A stretch of 64,000 bases of DNA, taken from the NCBI RefSeq assembly GCF_963921235.1, contig NC_086109.1, positions 35,838,001-35,902,000 of the forward strand, in the 5' to 3' direction. The notes under the pieces were generated by a model. The model was not told the DNA's origin. It saw only the letters and a program-made list of their open reading frames with translations, and did not search any database. The stretch is from Mobula hypostoma. Its lineage: Eukaryota. Shown here in pieces: positions 34,619 to 48,022 of this stretch. The stretch's first letter is position 1; each line of letters begins with the position of its first letter. The position numbers and the translations under genes are program-made.

Positions 34619-35519
34619 CATACATTATCACACAAGTGCATTATGGAAATGCAATTCTACTTTGAAATTTTGATTGCTATCTGCAATGTTTTGAAACTTG
34701 CTGGGATTTGATATTGTTTTAAGTTTAATTCCACAAATTTCATGGTAGAGATGCTAATAACCATAGATATCTGACCACTTGGGAACATCTACAAAAATTA
34801 AAGTTAACTAACTATGATGTTCAATTTAGCATTGATTAAAGTTGTTCAACTTAGTCCATTTTAATTATACTTTAACTAAAAATGAAAGTTGTATTTTTGT
34901 GTTTACTTTCAGGTGGAATTAAACTAACTGCTTCAGCACTGAGTGTTGAGTTCATATCTTATGTTTATTTTAATTGTTAACCTTAAATCCTGGTTGTTTT
35001 GCATGCTAAACATGACTTATGTTTAAGCGTGATTGTTCAATTCATAATAAATCCCTGTCATTTCATACCAGCAATCTCGTCAGTGACTGTGAAGAATGCT
35101 TAACCCTAAGGCCAGAACTGCTCAATTAAAATTAAAACTCCAGTTCCTATTCATAGTTACTTAAGAGTTTGGTGACTTAACAGAAATGATAAGACCAATG
35201 CTCAACATAATGGTCAAATATTTTCTGAAGCTGAAGATCAATCTGTTTCCACATTCACCAGCTAGAAAATAACTTAAGCTGCAAAATTGCTGGAAATCAA
35301 GGCAACTTAAGAGCTGAAAGCTTTGGACGAGTTTCAAGCACCTTAATGAGTGGCCAAAATTGTGCCTTCCGGATCAAGGAACTGAAGGATAAAGGAAAGG
35401 AATTGAGAAAGAAAGAACAGATTGAGTAACAGTCAAATTGTGCACAGAATTATGAATAAAGGGAATCAAATCTCAGAAAAAGAATGAGTAAAATTAAAGG
35501 ATTTGTTGGAAGGGTTTAA

Positions 35520-38470
35520 ACAAGTTTGGCGGGGGGTGGGAATCAGATTGTGAGTGCAGAGATTAGGGTAGAAGGACAAGGGCATGATGCTATGTGTTCT
35601 GAGTTGGTGAGGAAGGACAGACAGGGGACAAAGCATAAATGTAGCCAGTTAGAGTGGTTGAAATGTGTTTATTTCAACACTAGGAGTATTAGGAATAAAG
35701 GGGATGAACTTAGAGTATGGATCAATATGTGGAACTACGATGTTGTGGCCATTACTGAAACTTGGCTGGAGGAAGGGCAGGATTGGTTGATCCAAGTACC
35801 GGGGCTTAGGTGTTTTAAAAGGAATAGGATGGGAGGTAGAAAAGTGGGGGGGGGGGGGGGGGAGTAGTATTACTGGTCAGGGATAGTATCACAGCTATAG
35901 AAAGGGAGGACGCTGCAGAGGGAGTGTCCACTGAGTCGGTGTGGGTGGAAGTCAGAAATAGGAAGGGATCAATCACTGTGCTAGAAGTAGTCTATAGGCC
36001 CCCAAATAGCCTTCGGGTCACTAAGGAGCAGATAAGCAGGCAGATTTTAGAATGTCGCAGGAAATACAGGGTTGTAGTTATGGGTGATTTCAACTTCCCT
36101 CATATTGACTGGCACCTCCTGACTGCAAGGGGGATAGATGGGGCTGAATTTGTCAGGTGTGTTCAAGAAGGATTCCTGACACAGTATGTGGACCGGCCAA
36201 CGAGAGGAGAGGCCATACTGGATCTAGTTCTGGGTAATGAACCTGGTCAGATGGGAAAGTGCTTAACTGGGGGAGGTCTAACTATGAAGGGATGAGGCAG
36301 GAACTAGCGAGAGTAAATTGGAAACAGATGTTCAAGGGTGAAAGCACAGAAGTAATGTGGAGGAAGTTTAGGGACCACTTGTGCTGGGTTCAGGATAGGT
36401 TTGTACCACTGAGACAAGGAAAAAATGGTAGGAAAAGGGAACCGTGGCTGATGAAGCATGAGAGGCAACTCATCAAGAGGAAGAAGGAAGCATATGTTAG
36501 ATACAAGAAACAAGAAGCAGGAGGGGCTCATGAGAAATATAGGGTAGCTAGGAAGGAGCTTAAGAAAGGACTTAGGAGAGCTCGAAACAGGCATGAGAAG
36601 GCCTTGGCATGTAGGATTAAGGAGAACCCCAAGGCGTTCGATGAGTATGTGAAGAACAGAAGGATGACAAGAATGAAGGTGGGGCTGCTAAAGGAAAAAG
36701 AAAGCAACATGTGCCTGGAGGTGGAGGAGGTTGGGGAGGTCCTAAATGAATACTTTGCTTCAGTATTCACAAGTGAAAAGGACTTTGATCAGGGTGAGGT
36801 CGAAATAGAACAGGCCTGTGTGCTGGACAACATGGAGATTAAGGAAGAAGGAGTGTTGGATCTTCTTAAAAACATCAAGATTGATAAGTCCCCAGGACCG
36901 GACATGATATACCCCAGGTTGCTGTTGGAAGTGAGAGAAGAGATCGCTGGAGCAGTGGCTATGATCTTTGAATCCTCTTTAGCTGCAAGTGAGGTGCCGT
37001 AGGATTGGAAAAGGGCAAATATGGATCCCTTGTTTAAAAAAGGTAATCGGGAGAATCCTGGTAACTATAGACTGGTGAGTCTTACCCCGGTGGTCTGCAA
37101 ACTATTAGAAAGGATTCTTAAGGATAGGATCTACGAGCACTTGGAGAAGTACAGTCTACTGAAGGATAGTCAACATGGCTTTGTGAAGGGAAGGTCGTGC
37201 CTCTCGAGCCTAATTAAGTTTTTTGAAGAGGTAACAAAAGAAGTTGGTGAGAGTAAGGCGGTAGATGTGCTCTACATTGATTTTAGCAAGGCATTTGACA
37301 AGGTCCCCCACGAGAGACTCATCCAGAAAGTCATGAGGCATGGAATCAGTGGAACCTTGGCAGTTTGGATAAAAAATTGGCTGAAAGGAAGAAAGCAGAG
37401 GGTAGTAGTGGAAGGAAAGTATTCTGCCTGGAGGTCCGTGACTAGTGGAGTGTCGCAAGGATCTGTCCTGAGGCCTCTGCTCTTTGTGATTTTTATAAAT
37501 GACCCGGATGAAGAGGTGGAAGGATGGGTGAGTAAGTTTGTGGATGACACGAAGATTGGAGGAGTTGTGGATGGAACTGTAGGTTGTTGAAGTTTACAAG
37601 CGATATAGACAGGATGCAGAGTTGGGCAGAAAAGTGGCAGATGGAGTTCAATCGGGATAAGTGTGATGTGATGCATTTTGGAAGGACAAACCAGAAAGCT
37701 GAGTTCAGGGTTAATGGTTGGTTACTTAAGAATGTGGATGAACAGAGATGAACTTGGTGGTCAAATCCACACATCCCTCAAGGTCGCAGCACAGGTTGAT
37801 AGGATAGTTAAGAAGGCTTATGGGATGTGAGGCTTCGTTAATAGGGGGATTGAGTTTAAGAGTAGAGAGGTCATGTTGCAACTCTACAAATCTCTGTTGA
37901 GACCAGACTTGTACCAGACCAGACCAGTATTGTGTTCAGTTCTGGTCACCTCTTTATAGGAAGTATGTGGAAGCTATGGAGAGGGTGCAGAGGAGATTTA
38001 CCAGGATATTGCCTGGATTCGAAAACAAGTCTTATGAGGCAAGGTTAGCAGAGCTGGGACTTTTCTCTTTGGAGTGTAGAAGGATGAGAGAGGACTTGAT
38101 AGAAGTCTACAAGATTATGAGAGGCATAGATAGGGTGGATAGTCAGTACCTGTTTCCCAAGGCACGAATAGCAAACACCAGAGGGCATATGTACAAAGTT
38201 AAGGGAGGGAAGTTTAGGGGAGACATCAGGGGTAAGTTTTTTTTTACACAGAGGTTTGTGGGTGCCTGGAATGACTTGCCAGAGATGGTGGTGGAGGCTA
38301 AAACATTAGGGATATTTAAGAGCCTCTTGGACAGGCACATGGATGAAAGAAAAATGGGGGGTTATGGGATAGTGTGGGTTTAGTACTTTTTTTAAAGGAA
38401 TATATGGGTCGGCACAACATCGAGGGCCGAAGGGCCTGTACTGTGCTGTAGTATTCTAGCGTCTAGTGTC
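35520..38470 (+). mobile_element. CR1 LINE, nearly complete ORF2 (APE endonuclease and RT), disrupted
   Basis: YFNTRSIRNK, DVVAITETW, YRPP, MGDFN, KSPGPD, NYRLVSLT, DFSKAFDKV, SGVSQGSVL, KFVDDTK. Frameshift at the poly-G (35845-35862) and stop codons. (TCTAGTG)-like tail. Confidence 0.95.
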
Positions 38471-38534
38471 TGGTAATTTATTAGAAAAATTATTAAAAAC
38501 ATTGGGATGGATTCACAGCTGACAGGAATTATGT

Positions 38535-38648
38535 TGATGAAGGATTAGGCTGAGTCCTGATGAAGGTTTTCAGCCCGAAACTTTGCTTATTCCTTTCCAT
38601 ACATGCTGCCTGACCCACCAAGTTCCTCCAGCATTTTGAATGTTTGAC
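38535..38648 (+). mobile_element. PLE 3'-end remnant with decayed hammerhead
   Basis: GAGTCCTGATGAAGGTTTTCAGCCCGAAAC...ATGCTGCCTGACC...AGTTCCTCCAGCATTTTG. Confidence 0.7.
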
Positions 38649-40661
38649 AGAAGTCATAGGTGTGATGTTCTTTTGTTTCCACATAGAAAGTAGATTGATC
38701 AGTGGAATGATGTGCTGATTACTGAGAGAGCTGATTTCCAACATTCACTCTCTGAGTAAGCTAGTTTCTTGCCATGCTGCTGGGGATGGAATCACTTTGC
38801 TTTTAAATTGGTGGGTGCTTCCTGTTATTTAGCAATCCACTAAGAACAAAGTTGTTGTACCTGCATCGCTAAATGGCAAGTGACACCTGGCTGAGTAAGA
38901 TCTCAGCTTCTCCTTGTGTCTGGGACACATAGGGTGGAGAGTTATTTAAATTATATGAATGTTTTTCAATACCGTTCAAAATACCAGAAAACAAGACAGA
39001 AGTATATTAGGCAAACACGTTAATTAAATCAGAAGCCCAGTCCCTTTTAAAGGAGACTAAAACTTGTCACAATTCCAGCATCCTCTCAAAAATTGACATT
39101 GGAAGACCTTTCTCTGCTGCACTCATCTTTGAGATGGAGAGGTGAATATAAGGCAGTGCCTATCCCAATAAAGGACAAATTTGGAAAACTTTGTTAAGTA
39201 TTTCCATGTTAATTGCCTATGAATCAGGAGGTGAAATCATTAATGCATTCAAGAGTTGGCCATGAACTCTGTCCCATGATGCAGAGAGGTTACATGGCTA
39301 CCCCTCTCTTTCCAATGAATGCCAAGCAATGTAGATTTTGCCAACTGTCTAGCAGGTTCAACAAAGGATTCTGAACAGCACAATTCCAGTCCCAACTCAC
39401 TACTGAGTGGGAGGGATTGTACAGCCAACAAATTTGAGCATTTTATAACCCTTTAAAATAATTAATTACTTGAAGGAATAAAGTTTCACTTCCCAACTGT
39501 TTCCTTGCTCTTCACATCATTAGCCACCTAGACTTTCATTGGTGACTAATATGGTTCAACAATACAAACGCAGCAATTTCTTGAAATTTGCTTCAAAGTT
39601 GACAACAAAGTACCATCCTATTGAGCTAATGTTAAACAGGCACAACACATCAATCTAGTGTCAATTTATTATGAGCAGCATGTTTGTCTCCTTCTCAGAA
39701 CAAGTATTAGATTTTAATGTTGGAGTGTAAATCAAACTCATGGTTATTTTTATTTCCCCTTTGGACCCGTTGGCCAATAATGACCAAATGAAAATAAGTT
39801 GCTTCTTTATGTGTAAAAGAGTGCGACAGGAGAAGTTAAAGTACCGTTGTAAATAAAAATTGTCAAAACTCCAAAAATTAAATTACATTAAAATATTTTC
39901 TTGCTTGCATGTTAATAAATTTCCGTAGTTTGGATTAATAAAGCTGAATTAGTAAACTGAATTGTTAAGAGTAACATGAAGAATAAAATCAAAATAATTA
40001 AGAAAAATAACAAGGTAAATTAATAATGTTATTATGAAATGTTTAAAACATATTGAGGCTTCAAATAAAAATGGGGAAGTGTATTGGAAATCATCCGGGG
40101 AAAGGAACCGATTGGGATTGTTGGAACAGTTGAACCTTTAAATGAGAAATGAGGATTTAGCACAGAATGGGAGAGAAAATCTTAAAGTATATATTGCTTT
40201 AAAATTATGTCCTATGAATCTTTGAATATACACATTTAACATGCTTGTGTGAAACTTAATTTCCTGCAAAAGGAAGATTTAATGCTCTTGCATTAACCAG
40301 CTGCAAGTTAATATTCACACAGTGTAAACCTCAAGGCCCATAGTATTTTTCAAATTGGGTTTTAGCTAGATTTTTCAAGTTGTTGACTAGTGAGTTGGAA
40401 AGATTCATGCCAGTACATGAAAAAACAAGGTCAGCAAGAAAGTAATTACAAAACCCAATGTGTTGAACAACTGTGGAGCACCATCCAGTTGATGATTTTA
40501 TTACTTATTCCTCGGCAGGAAGTTGGCATTAGAGGCAGCACCAGCATTTATAGCCCTTACAAAGTTTCAGAGATCTTGGACCATTATATCTGTGTGATAA
40601 TATTACTCCCACAATGTTGTCAGGCTTAGAATCCCAGGAACTGTGAAGGAATGACAATATA

Positions 40662-41214
40662 CACTAGAGGCCACTATATTAGGTATGTCTGTAGACCTCA
40701 TCGATAATACAAATATGTAATTAGCCAATTATGTGGCAGCAACTCAATGCATAATCACACACAGACATAGTCAAAAAGTTCAGTTGTTCTTCAGACCAAA
40801 CATAGAATAGGGGAATGAATGACATGTAAGTGAATGATTGTTGGTGCTAGACAGAATGGTTTGAGCATCTCAGAAGCTGCTGATCTCCTGTGATTTTCAC
40901 TCATAGCAGTCTCTGGAGTTAACAGAGAACAGTGTGAAAAGCAAATAAAACATCCAGAAAGCAGCAGTTCTGTGTGTGAAAATGCCTTGTTAATGAAAGA
41001 GGTCAGAGGAGAATGGCCACACTGGTTCATGCTGACAAGCAGGTGACAGTAACTCAAATAACTTTGTGCTACAACAGTGGTGTGCAGAAGAGCATCTTTG
41101 AATGCGCAACACATCAAACGTTGAAGTGAATGGTCTACAGCAACAAAGGCCATGAATGTACACTCTGGCTACCTTATTAGTTACACCCTGTGCCAAATAA
41201 AGTGGCCACTGATG
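40662..41214. mobile_element. Non-autonomous Tc1-like element
   Basis: TA flanks; TIRs CACTAGAGGCCACTATATTAGG / CCAAATAAAGTGGCCACTGATG; decayed transposase N-terminal-like sequence inside. Confidence 0.7.
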
Positions 41215-41304
41215 TATTTCTAAACTGCCTTACCTGTCTTGTTCTCATTTCTGCCTGTTTTCTTTAACCTTTGAAATTGAATGGTTCGTGAGTTGAAGGC
41301 ATAC

Positions 41305-43062
41305 GTATTGTATTTATTGTATGAAATTGCAATTGTCACATGTACAGAGGTAAAAGTGAAAATCTTGGTTTGCATACTGTTTATACAGATCAGCTTCCAC
41401 AGTTCATTGAGTTAGTACAAGGTAAAGTCATCATCATGACTCCGTCTGTCTAAGTAGACAATGGATGCGCCCGTTCCGGGACCAGATCTGGGCGATGAAC
41501 ATGGATATGGAGATCCTGGGCTGCCCAGACATCAAGATCCCCCTCTAGGCCTCGAGGATGTGGTCCAAAGGAATGTGAAGCAGTACATTTGGCATCAGCA
41601 TGGCTGCAGGAGCTGCCGGGAGGTGACATGATATGTCATCCAACTGCCTTAGGGGCTCCACTCTGGATCTGTGTAGGGTTTAGTCCTTAGCCTTCTCTTC
41701 TTCTGAAGATACCCACAAGGCAGTGGGATCCATAACGCTGGATAGGGAACCATACCGGGTACTGTCAGCCGGAGCCAGCTGAGCGCAGGACTTGTGTAAG
41801 GTAGGGTCGTCACGCCCTGTAGTAGTGACATATGGAGCCACTACCCACTACCCACAAGGTAAAATAATAGCAAAACAAAGTAATAACAGAACAGATGCAG
41901 AGAATGTTCAGTGCAAGTAGATAATAAGGTGCATGATCATAATAAGACAGACTGTGATGTCAAGAGTCCATCTTCTACTTGCCAACCATTAAGTAGTTTC
42001 CTAACAGTGGGTTAGAAGCTGTCCTTGAACCTGCTGGTACATGCTTTCAAACTCTTTGATCTTCTGCCTGATGGGGGAGAAGAGAAGTGAGCATGCCTTG
42101 AGTGAGTGGGGTGGCTGCTTCAATGTGGCAGTGAGAAGTATATGTAGAGTCTGTGCATGGGTGTTTGGTTTCCATGATGGGCTGAGTTGTGACCACAGCT
42201 CTCTCCAATTTCTTGTGGTTACAGTCAGAGCTGTTATAAATACCAGGTCATGACGCATCTAGATAAGATGCTTTCTATGATGGCAAGGGTGAAAATTTCT
42301 TTAGCCTCTTGAGGAAGTAGAGGCAATGGTGATCTTTGTTGGGTGTGGTGTCTATGTGGTTGGACCAGCTTTCAACTTTCTCACCTCAGCACCACTGATG
42401 CACTGCCCCTTCCTGAAGTCAATGAATAGCTCTTTTGCTTTGCTAACATTAAGGGAAAGGGCGGTTGTCATGACACTAAGTCACTAAACTCTCTGTCTGC
42501 TTCCTGTACTCTGTCTCGTCATTGTTTGAGATACAGGCCACAATGGTGGTATCAACTACAAACTTGGAGATGAAGTTAGAGCAGAATTTGGCCACACAAT
42601 AATAAGTGTAGAGGGAGTAGAGTAGCGGGCTGACTCTGCAACTTTCTGGAATACCAGTGTTGAGAATAATTGTGCCGAAACTGTTGCTGCCTATCTTTAT
42701 TGCTTGCAGTCTGTGGTCAGAAGATCAAGCATCCATTTGTACAGGGAGGTTCGACTCCTTGGTCTTTGAGGTTGGTAATGAGTTTGCTTGGATTTGTGGT
42801 ACTTAAAGCTGAGCCATATTCAATAAGCAATTAAATAACGTCAGTGTCAGTGTGTTTACTGTCCCTGTGCTCCAGAGGTGAATGATACTAACCACAGCAG
42901 ACCTGTTTCACTGATAGACAAATTGGAGTATGTCATGGTTGTCTGGGAGACTAGTCTCAGGATGATCGATGATCAACTTCTTGAAGCACTCTATGGTGGA
43001 AGATGTAAGAGCCACTGTGCTGTAATGTTTAAGGCACGTTACCTTTATTTTCATCAGTACTA
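41305..43062 (-). mobile_element. Old Rex1/Babar LINE fragment(s), interrupted at 41427-41853
   Basis: Reverse-complement RT motifs (TTCCTGAAGTCAAT...TTTGCTAACATTAAG; TTGAGGAAGTAGAGGC) and 3' UTR. Confidence 0.65.
41427..41853 (-). mobile_element. RTE-derived short retroposon
   Basis: 10-bp TSD ACAAGGTAAA at 41417-41426 and 41854-41863; (ATG)n tail; RTE-5'-UTR-like body. Confidence 0.7.
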
Positions 43063-43679
43063 GGAAGTGCATTTGCTCAAATTATAATATTTTATTATGT
43101 TGAGCTTTCTTACTGGGGAATAAACACAAAACCTAGAAGAAGAAAAGTTAGGTATAAAGACTGCCTATGTAGAAATTTGCCTGCATTGACCATAGACCTA
43201 CTAGAGGTGTGAAATATGATAGCATTAACCACTGTATTAATGGACTGTGAAAAGAGAGGCCTTAACCCAAACTGAATGTTGAAAGCTTATGAATAATGTG
43301 CTTGAGAATTAATGAGGTTGTCATTAGAAAGCAATTCTTGAGGGTTAGTTTTCAGTCTGATTCAATGACCTCTGTAAAACGAAGTTCACTGGTCTGCATG
43401 CTTACGACCAGTATTTTAACAATGATTTGCCAAGGGCTTAGAATGAAGTAATTATGGTTTTTGGATCTTTCCCTAGTAAGCAATCTTGTTATAATAATAA
43501 CATTCTAATTGGGCTAATTGAATGACTGCTAAAACTTATACAACTGCATCAAAATAAATTGCCTGTATTTAAATATCTTTAACAAAGAAAACACAGTTAA
43601 GCAACTTTTAAAGCAATCATGTTGGAAAGCAACCGTAATCAGCTTATTTTGCTCCCGTCTCTTATGATCATATCTATGG

Positions 43680-43850
43680 ACGTATGCAGAGGCAAAGTCA
43701 TTGGGTATATTTAAAGCAGAGGTGATAGGTTCTTGATTGTCAAGGTTACAGGGCAAAGGGGTTGGGGAGTATAATTAATCAGCCTTGATAGAATGGCAGA
43801 ACAGACTCGATGGGCTGTATCTCCTAATGCTGCTCCTTCCCTTTTGGTCT
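43680..43850 (+). mobile_element. CR1 3' end fragment
   Basis: GAGGCAAAGTCATTGGGTATATTTAAAGCAGAGGTGATAG...GACTCGATGGGC...CCTAATGCTGCTCCT. Confidence 0.7.
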
Positions 43851-44029
43851 TACTAAAGTGGAAGCCCACAGTTTTAATAAGTTTCATTGAGGTTTCCATT
43901 ACTTACACACATTTCTTTTTTGGAACTACTCAAACTTTTGCAAAGTTTTATTTGTTACAGCAGTACTATTACTGTATTTTATAAACTTTATAGTAAATTC
44001 TTATGTGCTACTCAGTTGGGTGCAGTCCT

Positions 44030-45450
44030 TCAATACATCTTTAATCTGACCTTGAGCAGCTGGAGAGGATACCTGTGCTGTGGAAAAGATCCTGCCTCAT
44101 TCCAGTACCCAAGAAGACATGTCCCACCATGCCCAGTGACTACAGACCAGTGGCACTAAGCTCACATGTTATGAAATCGTGAGAAAGACTGGTCCTGACA
44201 CACATCCAGACCATCGCAAATCCATCATTGGACCCTCTGCAGTTTGCTTACCAACCACACATTGGAATCGAGGATGCCATTATCTTCCTGTTTACACCCA
44301 TCTGGATGAGCCAGGCAGCATTGTGAGAATCATGTTCTTTGATTCCTCCAGTGCTTTTAACACCATACAATCTGCTTTACTAGGGAGTAAGCTCACAGAG
44401 GTGAACGTAAATGCTCCTCTCGTGTCCTGGATTACGAACTACCTGCCCAGACTGCCACAATATGTGAGATTGCAGAGCTGTGTTTCAGATACTGAGATTG
44501 GCAGCACAGAGGCACCTCGGGACTGTCCTTTCTCCCTTCATGTTCACCCTCTGCACCTTGGACTTTAGATACAACTTGGAGTCCTGCACCTGCATAAGTT
44601 TTTGGATGATTCGGCAGTTGTGGGCTGTGTCAGCCAGGGTCAAGAGGCTAATTACAGAAGGGGTGTGGACAGCTTTGTTGAGTGATGTGTGCTGAATCAC
44701 CTGCAGCTCAACATCACTAACACAAAGGAGTTGGTAGTGGACTTTAGCAACGTGAAAACAACCTGCATTCCCAACTCCATCAAGGGAGCAGATCTGGAAG
44801 TCATCTGGGAGTACAAATTCCTGAGAACTCACCTGGGCAATAAACTGGACTGGACTAAAAATACTAGAGTCCTGTACAAGAAGGAACAGTCGACTGCACT
44901 TCCTGAGAAGGCTCTGGTCATTCCACATCTGCAATACTATGCTGCAGATGTTCTACGACTCAGTCATGGCCAACTTTCTATTCTGCGCTGTTGTTGCTGG
45001 GGCAGCAGGGTGAAAGCAGTTGACACCAAGAAGACCGATAAGCTTCTCCGGAAGGTTGGTTCTGTCCTGGGGGTGGAACTGGATTCCCAGGTGGTTGTGT
45101 CTGAGAGGAGGATGCTACAGAAGCTACAGAGCTTTATGGACAACCCACTCACCCCTCCATAACATACTGGACAAACAGAGGAGCACCAAGGTGTACCTCC
45201 AAACACTGCAGCAGACCCTTTCTCCCTGTGGCTATAAGACTCTACAATGCTTCCTCCTTAAGTATGTAAGTATATGATTTCATTGCACATCTGTATTTTG
45301 CACTATTAGTTTGTAGTGCACATTTTGTATTCTTTTTCGTACTTCAAAGCTTTCATTTTGTATTTTAAAGTATATATTTCTAACTGATCAACCTTGCAAA
45401 AATAATTTCCTTCAGGATAAATAAAGCTTTATCTTAGCTTATCTTATATC
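44030..45450 (+). mobile_element. Rex1/Babar LINE, 5'-truncated and frameshifted
   Basis: VRIMFFDSSSAFNTIQ, GTVLSPFMFTL, KFLDDSAVVG, TKELVVDF; (CTTAT)n tail near 45430-45448. Confidence 0.85.
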
Positions 45451-45989
45451 TGCACCCTTTCAGCATGCTGCCTCTGTGGTATTCGGAATCAGGTTTACCA
45501 TCACTGACTTGTATAATGTGAAATTTGATGTTTTGCAGCAGTCTCATCAAGGCAGCTAGGAATAGTAAATAAATGCCTGTTTTTCCAGCTTTAGAATGAT
45601 AAAAAAAGATGTCTATAAGACTTAATTCAACTTATGACTTGAGGACTTGTCCACAATGTGATGTTGGATGGTAGAAATGTCTTGTGAATACATTTGAATT
45701 GCAATTTGATTCTCAATAACTGAAACTTCAAGTCTCTAAAAGAAAGAATTAAATTTAAGTTTATATATTATGTTGAAGGATTATATTTCTCATTGAGTTA
45801 ATCTGCTTGTTGAAGGACTCATTGCAATATCTAACATGTGAGCTTTAATTATTACACAACTTAACCTTTAGATTCCAAACATATCTATAAACATGCATAT
45901 ATTTTTAGAGGGGAGGTGAGTCGATAGTTATCCCCCATCTCTATTGATCCTTGAACTAAGTCGACAGCTTTGGCTGTTTCAGTCATGTA

Positions 45990-46190
45990 GATTAGTCATT
46001 CACATCACCAAAGATTCAAGTTCAAATCCAACCTCAAGTGCTTCCTGCATAGAGTTTGTATATTGTTCCCGTGACCACATGGATTTCCCACCTTGCTTCA
46101 ATTTCCTTATAAAAGGCATGAGGATTGTTAGACTAATTGACTGCTGTAAATTGCCCCAGTGATGCAAGCAAGTGGTAGGATTTGGGGAAG
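45990..46190 (+). mobile_element. Degenerate V-SINE
   Basis: AGTTCAAATCC, GAGTTTGTATATTGTTCCCGTGACCAC, GTAAATTGCCCC. Confidence 0.55.
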
Positions 46191-46639
46191 AGATTTGCTG
46201 GCATTGTGCTTGATGCTTTTGTTGGATTTGACGTGTGTCAGTGCAGGGGGTGTGGATAGTGGAGAGATATACTTCAAGGCCATGATAATTAAACATGCTG
46301 GGATAAGAATTACATTTTAGGCAACAAATTAAATTTTCGATTCAACACATGTAAAATTGTAGATGTGATCGTTACTATGGTGTCACTGTGGAATTGGCTG
46401 CTCCAGGGTGAATAATGTAGGACTGTAATTACTAAGCTTATATATAGAATTTCTGCAAATAGCCATAAAGAAAATTCATAATTTTATCTTCCTGGAAGCT
46501 CCTCTCTTTGCTTCATTCAGGAGATCAAAGAACTAAGCTGGATCAACGAATTCTCTTTGCTCATCCACTCTTTGAGATTTACTATGCTGAGAAATTCAAT
46601 TGTGTCAGAAAATTAATGATGTTACCACAGATGCCATTA

Positions 46640-46915
46640 GCATGAAGTTATTACAGCTTGGGGACCCGGACTTCGGAGTTCAATTCTGGTGGCAACTGGA
46701 AGGAATCTGTATGTACTTCCAGTGTGGAATGCACGCATATTCCCTGGTTGCTCTGGTTTCCTCCCACAGTCCAAAGACGTACCTGGTAGGTAAATTGTTT
46801 ATTGTAAGTTGTCCCGTGATTAAGTTAGGATAAAATTGGGATTGTCAGGGGTTGCTGGGCCAATGCAGCTCGAAAGGCCAGGAGAGGCTACTCCATGCTG
46901 TATTGCTAGATAGAA
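46640..46915 (+). mobile_element. V-SINE (HE1-like)
   Basis: GGAGTTCAATTC; TGCTCTGGTTTCCTCCCACAGTCCAAAGACGTAC V-domain; CR1-like tail. Confidence 0.7.
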
Positions 46916-46989
46916 TAAAATTACCTAATTGATTGGCTTAGTCATTATTTTCACCTTTCTAGAGAATAAATTTGTTTATTGGAACTTAT

Positions 46990-47310
46990 AGTTCAAAGTT
47001 CAAAGTAAATTTATTCTCAGGTACATCTATAGTATTCATTTTCTTGCAGGCATCCAGAATAAAACAGAGAAATACACTATAATCAATGTAAAACATACAT
47101 ACAAGTGAAGGTTACCAAACAGCCAATGTGCCAAAGAAGACAAACTGTGCAAATAAAAAAAGTAAATATACTATATACAGTAGATGAATAATATTGGGAA
47201 CAGGGGTTATAGAGCCTTGAAAGTGAGTCCAGCGAAGTGGGATTATTTCAGAGTTAGGTGAGTGAAGTTATCCACATTGGTTCAGGAACCTGATGGCTGA
47301 AGGATCATAG
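46990..47310 (-). mobile_element. Retroposon 3' end with (TTTGAAC)n tail
   Basis: GTTCAAAGTTCAAAGTAAATTTATT start; related copies at about 62660-62895 and 63340-63720. Confidence 0.6.
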
Positions 47311-48022
47311 CAACATAAGTTGCTATTACTTCACCAAATAATTCAGATACTATTCAGTGTCTATGTCGGAGAGTAGACAGTATACTTGAGAGCAAGCAAC
47401 TGCCATAAACTGATTAATATATTATGTATCCAGTCAGTTTTCTACACGTAAAATAGTTGCACACGTATGTATAAAGATTCAAGTTAATGTTACATTGGAT
47501 GGGTTAGAGATATGTCATTGTAGCTCAGAAACCCAGAGTAATTTATATGAAGGAATGAGTTTCTTTTCATCATTTGGAACTAGTTTATCTTCTCCATGCT
47601 GGAACAGAATCAGGTTTAATATCACTGGCATATGTCATGAAATTCGATGTCTTTGTGGCAGCAGTACTTTATACTTCATTGTCTCCAAACAATTGATACT
47701 AGAGCGTACAATCATCACAGTGATATTTGATTTTGCGCTTCGCGCTCCCTGGAATACAAATCGATATTAAATATTAAAAATTTAAATTATAAATCATAAA
47801 TAGAAAATAGAAAAGAGAAAGTAAGGTAGTGCAAAAGAAACCGTGAGACAGGTCCGGATATTTGGAGTCTACGGCCCAGATCTGGGCCAGGATCCGTTCA
47901 GCAGTCTTATCACAGTTGGAAAGAAGCTGTTCCCAAATCTGTACAATGGAATACACAATAATAGAGAAAGGACCGAATTACAGTAAGTATATATACAGTA
48001 TATTAAATTGTTAAATTGAATA

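Noticed and set aside
34890..34980. Strong splice-acceptor-like tract (ttgtgtttactttcag)
   Set aside because: No convincing donor or recognisable peptide follows.
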